Assembly: GCA_052168235.1 (NCBI GenBank)
Contig: JBQLZK010000043.1
Location: 1-62,989 of the forward strand
DNA length: 62,989 nucleotides
Source of the DNA: Thainema sp.
Lineage (GTDB): Bacteria; Cyanobacteriota; Cyanobacteriia; Phormidesmidales; Phormidesmidaceae
Direction: 5' to 3'
The number at the start of each line of letters is the position of its first letter. The stretch's first letter is position 1. Under the pieces are notes generated by a model that saw only the letters and a program-made list of their open reading frames with translations, searched no databases and was not told the DNA's origin. The position numbers were made by a program, and so were the translations under genes. Positions 49,481 to 59,192 of this stretch are shown here, piece after piece.

Positions 49481-52400
49481 ATGACATCTAATCACAGTAT
49501 CCCCCAAGCATCTGCCAACGATAATCAGGCCAATAATCAAACTAATAATCAAACCAACAATAATGGTCTAACCGATAATAGTGCTGCTGCTGCTTCGGCT
49601 CAACCTGAAGTTTCTGCAGCATCAACTGTGCGATCGCAAACAACACAGTCGGCACAAACAACACAGTCATCACAAGCAGCACTATCAGCCACTTCATCAT
49701 TTCCTAAAAGCCCGTATAAAGGCTTAAATCCCTATGCTGCAACCGATGCAGAGCTGTTCTTTGGTCGAGCCAGGGAAACGCAGCGCATTGTCAATAATCT
49801 GTTAGCTTGGCGGTTAACTGTGCTGTATGGCGAAAGTGGCGTTGGCAAAAGCTCAGTGCTGCGAGCTGGCGTCACCCATGCGTTACAAGAAGAGGCACAG
49901 GACAATCTCGACGATTTTGGTGTGCCTAAGCTAGCCGTTGTCGTTTTTCCGCCGCTACATGGGGAGCGTTTTTGGCAGCAAGATCCGCTACAGAGTTTAG
50001 CGCAGCAAATTGACGAAGATATTCGCCAGAACTATTGGCCAGTTGAGCCACCGGAACCAGGCTTGTCATTTGTGGAGATGCTGCGAGTTTGGACAGAACG
50101 TTTAGGGGGTGAGCAGCGAGATGGTCGCCTATTCATTATTCTGGATCAGTTTGAAGAATATTTTTTGTATCATCCGCAGAATTCACAGGAGAGCGATTTA
50201 GTTACTGCGATCGCACATGTCGTTAATTTGCCTGATCTACAGGTTAACTTTTTGATTTCTCTGCGTGAAGATTCCTATGCCAAACTTGATCGGCTGAGGG
50301 GGCGTCTTCCTAACATATTGGACGTCTGCTTGCACATTGAGCATTTGGATAAACAGTCAGCCTATGATGCCATTACTAAGCCCATTGAGCGCTATAACGA
50401 GCACCAGCCACCTGCACAGAAGATCGACATATCAGCCGATTTAGTAGATGCCATTTTACAAGGCATTCCACAGATCGAAGAGTACAACAGCAACGGAAGG
50501 GCCGGGGTCGAAAAACTCAAAAATCTTCGTAAGAACCAGATTTTGGCTCCTTATCTACAGTTGGTTATGATGCGCCTTTGGGACGAGATGGTGCAAGTGC
50601 GATCGCATGATCTTAGCCTAGAGACATTAATCAATCTGGCCGAATCAGAAACTCCAGATCAAGTTACCAAAATTAGGGCTGCTATTCGTCGGCTAAAAAC
50701 ATCCATACATTGGGCAGATCAAAATGCCCGTGATCAAAATACTCACGATCAAAATACCCAGATTAAGAGAGCTGTCCGCCGAATTGTGCGTGAGCATGTC
50801 ACCACAACGATGGATGCATTATCTCAGCCGGAAAAAGATATTGCTGCCCGGAGCTTTCAATATTTAGTGACTCCATCAGGAACTAAATATGCCTATTCTG
50901 CAACAGATTTAGCCAATTTAATGGGCCGTAATCCAGAATCCGTCATTGCTTTACTAATGAAGCTCGCTCAAAATAAACGTATCATTCGTCCAGTTGGGCC
51001 TTCTCAGGAGCAACCTAATGTTCAGCGATATGAGATTTTCCACGACTTCTTAGCTCAGGCCATTCTCGGTTGGCGAAGAAACTACCTCGAAGAAAAGAAA
51101 AGAAAAAGTAGAATCCAGAAGTCTATTGTTCTAGTGGCAGGCTCCTTTGCTTGCGGTCTCTTCCTACTCAGTCTTTCTGCTTACCATTATCAACAAAGAA
51201 TTAATTGGCTGATTGCAGTGTCAAATGAGTCTATTCAGAAGTTTCATTCAGGTCAACAACTGCTCGCATTACAAGATGCAATAATAGCTGGGCAAGGAAT
51301 CAAGGAGCGCAGTGAAAATAATTTTTTAAAGTATATTTTGCTCAGCCCATCTAAAAGGACAGATGCTGTTAATTTAGCAAAAGAAAATTTGCAGAGTATC
51401 CTAACCCAAATTCAATTACAGCGTTATTATTCAGCTCCTACTGATCAAACGCTTCAGACTGTGTTAAGTCCAGATTGGCAAGTAGTTGCTGTTGTACTAG
51501 CAGATGGCTCTCTTCAGATTTGGGATCAACAAACAGGTGAACTGCTGCACACATTGCGCCAGACATCTGAGAAAACCTTAGCATTACGTTTCAGTTCTGA
51601 TAGCAAGATGTTGGCAGCTGTATTTTTAGATGGAACGATACGTCGTTGGGATTGGCAAAATGGCACTGAACTGGCTCACATCAAAACATTAGAATCACCT
51701 AATCGAGTATTGATGGCTGACTTCAGTGGGGATGGCCAAACACTAGCTGTAGCCTCAACTCATTCTGTATCTGCTGAAGATGTGACGGTGCAATTATGGG
51801 ATTGGCAAGCGGGTACTCCCTATGCTGCCATTCAGCCTTCAGGTTCTTTATCCAGCCTGAAAGTTGGTTCTGATGGACAAACCTTAGTAACGACTTCTAC
51901 TGTTTCCAACAAGACCGATCCTCTTGCTGCTGCAACATCTATCATTCAGCTCTGGAATGGCAAGACTGGTATCGAACAGGCCCAATTCGAGACCGAAAGC
52001 CGCCCCTCGAATCTAGTGTTGAACAATGATGGAAATGTCTTTGCATTTTCCACAGATGATGGCACGGTTGAGCTTTGGGATTTACAAGACAGAGAGTATT
52101 TAAAAGCATTTAAACCTTACGATTTGATTCTGAATCAAATACAGAGCCTGAGCTTTAATCCAGATGGTAGTCTTCTAGCCATTGGTTTTCAAAACGGTCA
52201 GGTTAAGTTATGGGATTGGCAAGACGACAAATTACAGAATCAAATCCAAATGTCAGAACCTGTAAATGATCTAGTTTTTGATCCAACCGGACAGCAAATC
52301 GCAACTCTCTTGAGTCGCAAACATCTTAGTTTTTGGCGTTTGCAATCTCCTGTGACAGCGATGTCAATAAACTCATTTAAAGCATTGGATCGCCTTGGCG

Positions 52401-53338
52401 AACTACGCCTTAGTCCTAATAGCGAGCAAGTCGCTGCTTTATCCTGGCTAGATGGCACGATTCAGCTTTGGAACATAGCAGATCAAAAACTATCAGCTGA
52501 GTTCAATCCAAATGGTCGGGTACAAGATTTTCACTTTAGCCCTGATGGTCAAACGCTTGTCACAGCCTCGGATGATCACTTGGTGCAGCGCTGGAATTTG
52601 CAAGGCAGTCTGATTGATCAGTTTAAGATGCCTAACAGCATAAGATCAGTCAGCTTCAGCCCTGATGGCCAACAGTTATTGACAACGTTAAATGATACTA
52701 AATTAGTGCAGGTCTGGGATTTGCAGGGTATTAAGCGAGCCCAAGTTAATCCCTCCGGTAATGTACTAGCAGCTGACTTTAGTCCTGATGGCCAGTTATT
52801 AATAACTCTCTCAGATAATGGCTCAGTCATATTGCAACTTTGGGATTTGCAGGGGAACGAGCTAGCCCAGTTCAATCCATCGGGTACTACACTAGCAGTT
52901 AACTTTAGTCCTAAAGATCAAATCTTGACAACTGCATCTGATAGCGGTTTTGTACAGTTCTGGAATTTACAAGGTCAGGAGCAAACCCGTTTCAAAGTAG
53001 CGGATGCCATTCGCACAATTAGCTATAGTCCTGATGGTCAGACTTTAGCAACCGCAACTTTCAATAATGATACTGTACAGCTCTGGAATTTGAAGGGCGA
53101 CGAACAAGGTCAATTCAAGGCACCTGGAATAGTTCTAGATTTGCAGTTTAGTATCGATGGCAAATCCCTGATCGCAACATCCCAAAATGGCTTTGTAGAG
53201 CAGTGGCAACTAAATAGCACAAGTTTAGACAGTTTAATTCATCAAGGTTGTGATTGGCTACAGCCTTATTTAGCCAGTCATCCTGATAAAGCACAGGATC
53301 TTCCTTGTCAGTTTAATACTAGTAATCTGTCAAAGTAG
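49481..53338 (+). CDS. nSTAND1-type NTPase - TM - WD40 repeat protein
   Basis: PYKGL, FFGR, GESGVGKSS and IILDQFEE; one TM; many FSPDG..LWD repeats. Confidence 0.9.
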   Translation: MTSNHSIPQASANDNQANNQTNNQTNNNGLTDNSAAAASAQPEVSAASTVRSQTTQSAQTTQSSQAALSATSSFPKSPYKGLNPYAATDAELFFGRARETQRIVNNLLAWRLTVLYGESGVGKSSVLRAGVTHALQEEAQDNLDDFGVPKLAVVVFPPLHGERFWQQDPLQSLAQQIDEDIRQNYWPVEPPEPGLSFVEMLRVWTERLGGEQRDGRLFIILDQFEEYFLYHPQNSQESDLVTAIAHVVNLPDLQVNFLISLREDSYAKLDRLRGRLPNILDVCLHIEHLDKQSAYDAITKPIERYNEHQPPAQKIDISADLVDAILQGIPQIEEYNSNGRAGVEKLKNLRKNQILAPYLQLVMMRLWDEMVQVRSHDLSLETLINLAESETPDQVTKIRAAIRRLKTSIHWADQNARDQNTHDQNTQIKRAVRRIVREHVTTTMDALSQPEKDIAARSFQYLVTPSGTKYAYSATDLANLMGRNPESVIALLMKLAQNKRIIRPVGPSQEQPNVQRYEIFHDFLAQAILGWRRNYLEEKKRKSRIQKSIVLVAGSFACGLFLLSLSAYHYQQRINWLIAVSNESIQKFHSGQQLLALQDAIIAGQGIKERSENNFLKYILLSPSKRTDAVNLAKENLQSILTQIQLQRYYSAPTDQTLQTVLSPDWQVVAVVLADGSLQIWDQQTGELLHTLRQTSEKTLALRFSSDSKMLAAVFLDGTIRRWDWQNGTELAHIKTLESPNRVLMADFSGDGQTLAVASTHSVSAEDVTVQLWDWQAGTPYAAIQPSGSLSSLKVGSDGQTLVTTSTVSNKTDPLAAATSIIQLWNGKTGIEQAQFETESRPSNLVLNNDGNVFAFSTDDGTVELWDLQDREYLKAFKPYDLILNQIQSLSFNPDGSLLAIGFQNGQVKLWDWQDDKLQNQIQMSEPVNDLVFDPTGQQIATLLSRKHLSFWRLQSPVTAMSINSFKALDRLGELRLSPNSEQVAALSWLDGTIQLWNIADQKLSAEFNPNGRVQDFHFSPDGQTLVTASDDHLVQRWNLQGSLIDQFKMPNSIRSVSFSPDGQQLLTTLNDTKLVQVWDLQGIKRAQVNPSGNVLAADFSPDGQLLITLSDNGSVILQLWDLQGNELAQFNPSGTTLAVNFSPKDQILTTASDSGFVQFWNLQGQEQTRFKVADAIRTISYSPDGQTLATATFNNDTVQLWNLKGDEQGQFKAPGIVLDLQFSIDGKSLIATSQNGFVEQWQLNSTSLDSLIHQGCDWLQPYLASHPDKAQDLPCQFNTSNLSK

Positions 53339-53341
53339 AGA

Positions 53342-53404
53342 TGAGGGGTAGAAGAATTTTGAAAATATCGCGTCGCGATATTTTTAAAATTCTTCTACCC
53401 CTCA
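53342..53404. terminator. Long hairpin between convergent genes
   Basis: About 31-bp arms with one mismatch. Confidence 0.75.
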
Positions 53405-53439
53405 AAACACACTTAACAAAGCACTGATGCTAAATCTGG

Positions 53440-53856
53440 TTAATTGCTGTCGCAGTCACTATTACAAGGAGCAGGTGTTTGACTCAGTATGGTGTTAGTG
53501 CGGGTATCAACAATCTCATCAAAACAAATTGTTGATCCATCTACAGAGATTAAAACTCGCCGAAACAATGTGTAGTTGTCTAACCAGCGTTGGCAAAGAA
53601 TTGTACGGTTTTCTGTAGGATACAGTTGCGCTACAGCCTGAGATCCATTTGTATTTATTGGGCACTGACTCTCTTGTTTATCCAACGAGAGAAAATGTGG
53701 CTTCTGTTCTAACAAATCGGAATAAGGCTGTAGGTTGTCAATGTTAATCGCAGTATTATGAGCAACTGATTGAGGCGCTGTAGCCACCCATAAGCACGCG
53801 GAACACAAAATTGGGATAGCGACCCTAATGGTGTTGTCAGTCATATCAATCACCAC
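53440..53856 (-). CDS. Small hypothetical Cys-containing protein, probably exported
   Basis: Signal-like N-terminus ending SVA; several Cys. Confidence 0.55.
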   Translation of the reverse strand: MVIDMTDNTIRVAIPILCSACLWVATAPQSVAHNTAINIDNLQPYSDLLEQKPHFLSLDKQESQCPINTNGSQAVAQLYPTENRTILCQRWLDNYTLFRRVLISVDGSTICFDEIVDTRTNTILSQTPAPCNSDCDSN

Positions 53857-54079
53857 CTAGTTCGAGTATAAACCCTATGTAAAAAGCACAAGAGTTGCTG
53901 ATATCAATTAAAAGCATACCAAGCCAACTTTATCCTTATCTTTATCGTGGCATACAAATTGATTAGTTATTTATAATCAAAATAATTATTTAAGAGACAA
54001 AATTTGAGCTTATTTGACTGGTTTGGTAATAAAAAATACAGCTTGTACTGGTGGTTTATTGCGATCGCGTCATATTGAT

Positions 54080-54125
54080 ATACGCAGATCATCGTATTTC
54101 GTCTAGCTGATATTTTTGCCAAGAT
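54080..54125 (+). promoter_or_regulatory. Conserved box 3 plus -10-like hexamer
   Basis: ATACGCAGATCATCGTAT-22 nt-CAAGAT, with TGn. Confidence 0.75.
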
Positions 54126-54217
54126 CGTTGAGTGGGGACAGTTTGAGATTCTAGTCTTGTCCTTCCCTTGCAGTTTATACCTTGTACCTTAGTTAACAAC
54201 TGTTAATCAGGAGGCGC

Positions 54218-56059
54218 ATGATGCCCTCAACTCAACTATCAAAAATTAAGATTTCTGATTTATCTGACTCATCTCGCTACTTTCCCTCGCCAGTCGCATG
54301 GGAAGATCAGGTCTTTTACTTTTTAATGCTGGATCGATTCTCAGATGGCAATGAGAACGGCTATAAAGATAATCAAGGTAATGTAGTCAGAACAGGAACG
54401 ACGCCGCTAGCGGCTCTGGCTGACCGAGGGAATGCGCTTAAAACTGAGGAAGATGCCCGTCACTGGCGGGAAGCTGGTACTCGATACGTTGGTGGAAATC
54501 TGAAAGGTTTAACTCAAAAGATTGGCTACCTCAAGCGATTAGGAATCACAGCCGTTTGGGTCAGCCCCATTTTTGAGCAGGTACGTTTTCAGGAAACCTA
54601 TCATGGCTACGGGATTCAAAATTTTCTAGAGGTAGAACCCCGGTTTGGTACGTCTGATGATTTGAAGAAATTGGTAAAGGTAGCCCATGAAAATGGTATT
54701 TACGTGATTCTGGATATTATTTTGAATCACGCGGGAAATGTCTTTTCTTACAAAAGCAACCGTAACCCTGTCTGGACGGGTCAAACTTATCCTGTGGAGG
54801 GATACAACGATAAGGAAGGAAATCCTACTATTCCATTTAGGAAACCTGATCCACAAAACCTGCCGGATAGTGATGGAGCAGTCTGGCCTGCTGAATTTCA
54901 AGATCCAGCGACCTTTACCCAGAAGGGGCGTATTCAACATTGGGACGATGACCCCGAATTTCTAGAGGGTGACTTCTGCGACTTGAAGGACATCCATCAT
55001 GGTCAAGGTACACCGGACGAGTATCAGGTTTCAAACGCTCTGCGCTATTTGTGCGAGGTTTATAAATATTGGATTGCCTTTGCAGACATTGATGGCTTTC
55101 GGATCGATACCGTCAAACATATGGATATTGGTGCAACTCGCTACTTTGTCTCGGTCATTCGTGAGTTCACCCAGAGTATGGGTAAAGAAAACTTCTTCCT
55201 GCTGGGCGAGATCACAGGTGGCCGCCAAAGGGCGTATGAAACGCTAGGATTGACTGGGCTTAGCGCAGCTCTGGGCATCGATGATATCCCTGATAAGTTG
55301 GAATATCTGGTCAAAGGTTATCGCAATCCAAGTGAATACTTTGATCTGTTCCGTAATTCAGAATTGGTTCACAAAAGTTCCCATATCTGGTTCCGCAACA
55401 AGGTTGTAACCTCGTTTGACGATCACGATCAGGTTAGAAAAGGTAATCATAAAGCGCGCTTCTGTGCATACAACCAGGGCGAAAAGGTTATTCTCAACGT
55501 TCTGGCGCTGAATGCCCTCACCCTGGGTATCCCTTGTATTTACTACGGTAGCGAGCAATGCTTTGACGGTGAAGGAGGATGCGATCGCTATATCCGAGAA
55601 GCCATGTTCGGTGGCGAATTTGGAGCGTTCCGATCCAAAGGAGTTCACTTCTTTGACGACAATAATCCGGTTTACCAGGAACTGGCCAAAATTTTAGACA
55701 TTCGCCGCAAATCCATCACGCTGCGACGCGGACGACAGTATCTACGACCGATTTCAGCTCCAGAAGATGGGGTGAGGTTTAGCTATCCACGCATGATCAA
55801 CGGCCAGATCCGTTCAGTCGTGCCTTGGTCTCGACTCTTCAATCACCATGAAATATTGTTAGCCATCAATACTGATTATGATCAGCCCAGAACTGCCTGG
55901 GTAACGATTGACAACGATTTGCATCAATCTGGTGATTCGCTCAAGTGTATTTATTCAACTGATCCTGTCCAAGTTAGCCAAACTATTTCTATCGAAGCAC
56001 GAAATGGAAAGGCAGTATTGATGACTGTTCCGGCAGCAGGATTTGTAATTTTTGGATAG
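54218..56059 (+). CDS. GH13 alpha-amylase family glycoside hydrolase
   Basis: YHGY, DIILNH, GFRIDTVKH, GE and DDHD motifs. Confidence 0.92.
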   Translation: MMPSTQLSKIKISDLSDSSRYFPSPVAWEDQVFYFLMLDRFSDGNENGYKDNQGNVVRTGTTPLAALADRGNALKTEEDARHWREAGTRYVGGNLKGLTQKIGYLKRLGITAVWVSPIFEQVRFQETYHGYGIQNFLEVEPRFGTSDDLKKLVKVAHENGIYVILDIILNHAGNVFSYKSNRNPVWTGQTYPVEGYNDKEGNPTIPFRKPDPQNLPDSDGAVWPAEFQDPATFTQKGRIQHWDDDPEFLEGDFCDLKDIHHGQGTPDEYQVSNALRYLCEVYKYWIAFADIDGFRIDTVKHMDIGATRYFVSVIREFTQSMGKENFFLLGEITGGRQRAYETLGLTGLSAALGIDDIPDKLEYLVKGYRNPSEYFDLFRNSELVHKSSHIWFRNKVVTSFDDHDQVRKGNHKARFCAYNQGEKVILNVLALNALTLGIPCIYYGSEQCFDGEGGCDRYIREAMFGGEFGAFRSKGVHFFDDNNPVYQELAKILDIRRKSITLRRGRQYLRPISAPEDGVRFSYPRMINGQIRSVVPWSRLFNHHEILLAINTDYDQPRTAWVTIDNDLHQSGDSLKCIYSTDPVQVSQTISIEARNGKAVLMTVPAAGFVIFG

Positions 56060-56081
56060 TTTTGGATGACTCTAAAAGCGC

Positions 56082-56126
56082 AATTACTTGTGTTGTTGAA
56101 ATCGGATTTTCACAACACAAGTAATT
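56082..56126. terminator. Intergenic hairpin
   Basis: AATTACTTGTGTTG/CAACACAAGTAATT arms. Confidence 0.55.
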
Positions 56127-56184
56127 ACTAGAACAGCACTATAAACTTATTTGTCAATTCTTTCATCAATAAGAGGCAACTACA

Positions 56185-57312
56185 ATGACTGCAAAGTCTT
56201 TACCGAACAAAAATTCTGTTGAAAAGCGTTGGACTTTTCTAGCCTATATAGCTGGCGATAATAATTTAAGTAATGCCGGTCTTGAAGATATCCAAGAACT
56301 ATGTGATGAAGGCGCATCACCCGATGTGTATGCAGGGGTAGAGATTGACACGTATGGGGAGTTTTCTGGTTCGATTCGATATGAAATTACTGAACCAGAT
56401 TTCTCGGGAGAAGCTCACCGAACCGTAATTGAGCGACTACCAGAGAAAGACTCTGGCGATCCAGAATCGTTAACCTCTTTTCTCACATGGGGTTTATCAA
56501 GGTATCCGGCTCAAAACCAGGTTGTTGTTATTTGGAACCACGGTTCAGGATTTAGATACAGGAATCGAGATATTGGCTTTGATGACTTCGGTTCATCGTT
56601 AGATATGCCCGAGGTTGAAATGGCATTTCGGCGGGCCGGTATTACGGCTGAGAACAAAGTCACTATTCTGGGCTTTGATGCATGTTTAATGAATATGCTT
56701 GAAATTGCACATCATCTTCGCGATCAGGCTGAATTTATTGTTGGTTCACAAGAAACTGAACCAGGCGATGGCTGGCCCTATGACAAAGTTTTAAGGACTA
56801 TGAAATCTGCCACTTCAGGTGTTGAGCTTGCAAAAGGAATTGTTCAAGAATACATCAAAGACTATACCGATCTTGGCGTTCAGAATGTAACACAGTCCGC
56901 GATTGATACTTCGAAGACAGAAGCTGCAGTTCAAGCATTCAGTAATTTGGGGCTGCTTCTTAAGGATAAAGTAGAAACCTGCAAATCGGAATTGAGAAGA
57001 TTACGGGCGCAGTTACAAGCCTTTGAATATGCAGACTATGTCGATCTGGTTCATCTAGTTGAGCTATTACCTCAGTTTATCAATGAACCAGATGTTGCTC
57101 AAGCAGCCGAAAACGTTCGCTTAGCTGCACTAGCTTGTGTTGTTGCATCAGATAAATATGGTCAAGCGGTGCAGAATGCAAATGGTTTATCGATTTGGTT
57201 TCCACCTGCTCCCCGAATTTATTTTAACTATCGAGCAAAATATACAGCGTTGAATTTCGCCCTTAATTCGCCTGGATGGGTCAGTTTTTTAGATGCCTAT
57301 TTTGCGAATTAG
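56185..57312 (+). CDS. Clostripain-family (C11) cysteine protease
   Basis: YIAGDNNL, WNHGSG, GFDACLM and GSQETEPGDGWPY motifs. Confidence 0.9.
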   Translation: MTAKSLPNKNSVEKRWTFLAYIAGDNNLSNAGLEDIQELCDEGASPDVYAGVEIDTYGEFSGSIRYEITEPDFSGEAHRTVIERLPEKDSGDPESLTSFLTWGLSRYPAQNQVVVIWNHGSGFRYRNRDIGFDDFGSSLDMPEVEMAFRRAGITAENKVTILGFDACLMNMLEIAHHLRDQAEFIVGSQETEPGDGWPYDKVLRTMKSATSGVELAKGIVQEYIKDYTDLGVQNVTQSAIDTSKTEAAVQAFSNLGLLLKDKVETCKSELRRLRAQLQAFEYADYVDLVHLVELLPQFINEPDVAQAAENVRLAALACVVASDKYGQAVQNANGLSIWFPPAPRIYFNYRAKYTALNFALNSPGWVSFLDAYFAN

Positions 57313-57347
57313 TTAATTTTTGATTTTTGATTATTCTAGTGACTTTC

Positions 57348-57376
57348 GTAGGGATATGACGACGTCGTATCCCTAC
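57348..57376. repeat. REP-like GTAG palindrome
   Basis: GTAGGGATATGAC-GAC-GTCGTATCCCTAC. Confidence 0.6.
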
Positions 57377-57482
57377 AGCAAGCGATTTGAAGATTCAAAA
57401 ATTTGTATCATTTTCATATCATTCTCAGTTTTGTAAGGTCAGGATATTTTACACATCAAACCAATCAAGTAGAGAATAGAAA

Positions 57483-59096
57483 ATGGAAGAGTCAAAAAAG
57501 CTTTCTAAAACACAGCAGAATATTCCAACATCGAAAGAATCACCTTTTCGCTCTATACCGAGCGAATGGTTAGGGGGATATTTCATCGTAGAACATAGCA
57601 TTTGTGGAAATCGAGATGTCCCTAACGCAGATGACGATGTGTGGGGATTTGTTAATAATCGGGCAGATTGGCAAGGAAAAAACTTTGTATACGCAAACCG
57701 AAACGTTTGGGCTACCGATTTTCAAAGTAATTCTGACTACTATTCAGTACCCAGTTTGCCCAACGGTTATGATGGGGTTGATGCCGTTCATATTGCTTAT
57801 ATCCATACTCATGGAGGTACGGATATTAATACAAACATCTTTTACTTATCTATGGGTGGAAACCCTAGCCACGGCGGTTGTCAAGTGAGATCGCAAGACA
57901 TGCGCTTGGGCAATAACAAACTCCGCTATCTGTTCTTGATTGCCTGCCAATCGGTTCAGACAAACCCGATTCCTGTTTGGGGAAGCGCATCTCAAGGTAT
58001 TCGTGCTTTCTTTGGTTTCCACACCAATGCATTAGATGCTGCGAGCTACGGAAAGAAATTTTTTGAGAAGTGGAAGTCTTCTAATAGCGCCAAGACAACC
58101 GATGCCTTCCTGGATGCGAGTTGGGATGTTAGTCATGAGCAAATTGCTGTTACTGCATGGTGCGGGCCTGATCTCGCTACAGCCTGTAATTATCGCGATC
58201 AGGAAACGCATTTTCAGATCGCTCCGGTAACCTGTGGGGCTATGGCTTGGGCACATACAGCTATTCGTGCTTTGCCGAGCCGCTCACGAATGGCAAGTGC
58301 TCCTACGGCGATCATTCAGTTCAGAAAGCCTGAACCGGAACCTCATCGGCTCTTCAGGATGACGGGGCGCGATCCGGTAGCCACTGAGCCAATTAGCCAA
58401 GAACCCTCTAGCGACTTGTATGAATGCTATACCTACGGTGAAGCAACCTTGCTGTATAACAAAGCTTCAGGTGCCACTGATTTGCGAATTTCTACGACGA
58501 ATACCGCTATGGCAGCAGAATTGAGTGATGAAGAAGCGATTGAACTAGCTCAGTCTTATCTTCAGCAAAATCCGAGCTTGCTAGCAACCATACAGCCTCG
58601 TGCGGCGGATATGGCTTATGAACTTGTTCCAGTTGCGATTCGAGATACCGTCAAAGGGAGCGGAGAGATAGATGCACCTGAAAATTCTGTAGAGACACGG
58701 ACTGAAGTAACAGTTGTGTTCCGGCCTATGATTGGCAACATTCCCACAATTGGGACTGGCGGAGTGCTTGAAATTACGCTAAATGGCGATAGACAAGTAG
58801 TCAGAGTCCGTAATGTGCTGCGCGAGATTGCAACTGTAGAGCGGCGTAACGGTGAATATGATGTCAGCCGCTTGCAGGCAGAAGCTGAACGGCGAGCCTT
58901 GGCAGAAGTTAATAGTGAACCCAGAATCGATCGCTGCGAAATTCTCAAGACAGAATTTGGCTTCTTTTCTGCTGATGCTAGCACGGCTCAAGACTCAGCA
59001 CGCTTGGCTTTCCGCATTCTATTGGAAGTTCAAAGTGGCGATTTTGAACAGTGGATTGAAAAGATTTATTACCTAGATGATTTGTCAGAAAGCTAG
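57483..59096 (+). CDS. DUF6345-like protein, probable caspase-fold protease domain
   Basis: DAVHIAYIHTHGG...LGNNKLRYLFLIACQ His-Gly/Cys pattern. Confidence 0.6.
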   Translation: MEESKKLSKTQQNIPTSKESPFRSIPSEWLGGYFIVEHSICGNRDVPNADDDVWGFVNNRADWQGKNFVYANRNVWATDFQSNSDYYSVPSLPNGYDGVDAVHIAYIHTHGGTDINTNIFYLSMGGNPSHGGCQVRSQDMRLGNNKLRYLFLIACQSVQTNPIPVWGSASQGIRAFFGFHTNALDAASYGKKFFEKWKSSNSAKTTDAFLDASWDVSHEQIAVTAWCGPDLATACNYRDQETHFQIAPVTCGAMAWAHTAIRALPSRSRMASAPTAIIQFRKPEPEPHRLFRMTGRDPVATEPISQEPSSDLYECYTYGEATLLYNKASGATDLRISTTNTAMAAELSDEEAIELAQSYLQQNPSLLATIQPRAADMAYELVPVAIRDTVKGSGEIDAPENSVETRTEVTVVFRPMIGNIPTIGTGGVLEITLNGDRQVVRVRNVLREIATVERRNGEYDVSRLQAEAERRALAEVNSEPRIDRCEILKTEFGFFSADASTAQDSARLAFRILLEVQSGDFEQWIEKIYYLDDLSES

Positions 59097-59192
59097 TTTT
59101 TGCGATCGCACTTTTCTAATCGGCACCTCTCTACTCGCTAAACCTATCTCATAGCCAATCAGAACTCCACACCCTACACATAGGAGGCTGAG

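Noticed and set aside
50717..50761. GATCAAAAT 15-bp repeats in the STAND gene
   Set aside because: In-frame coding slippage (DQNxx x3), not a separate element.
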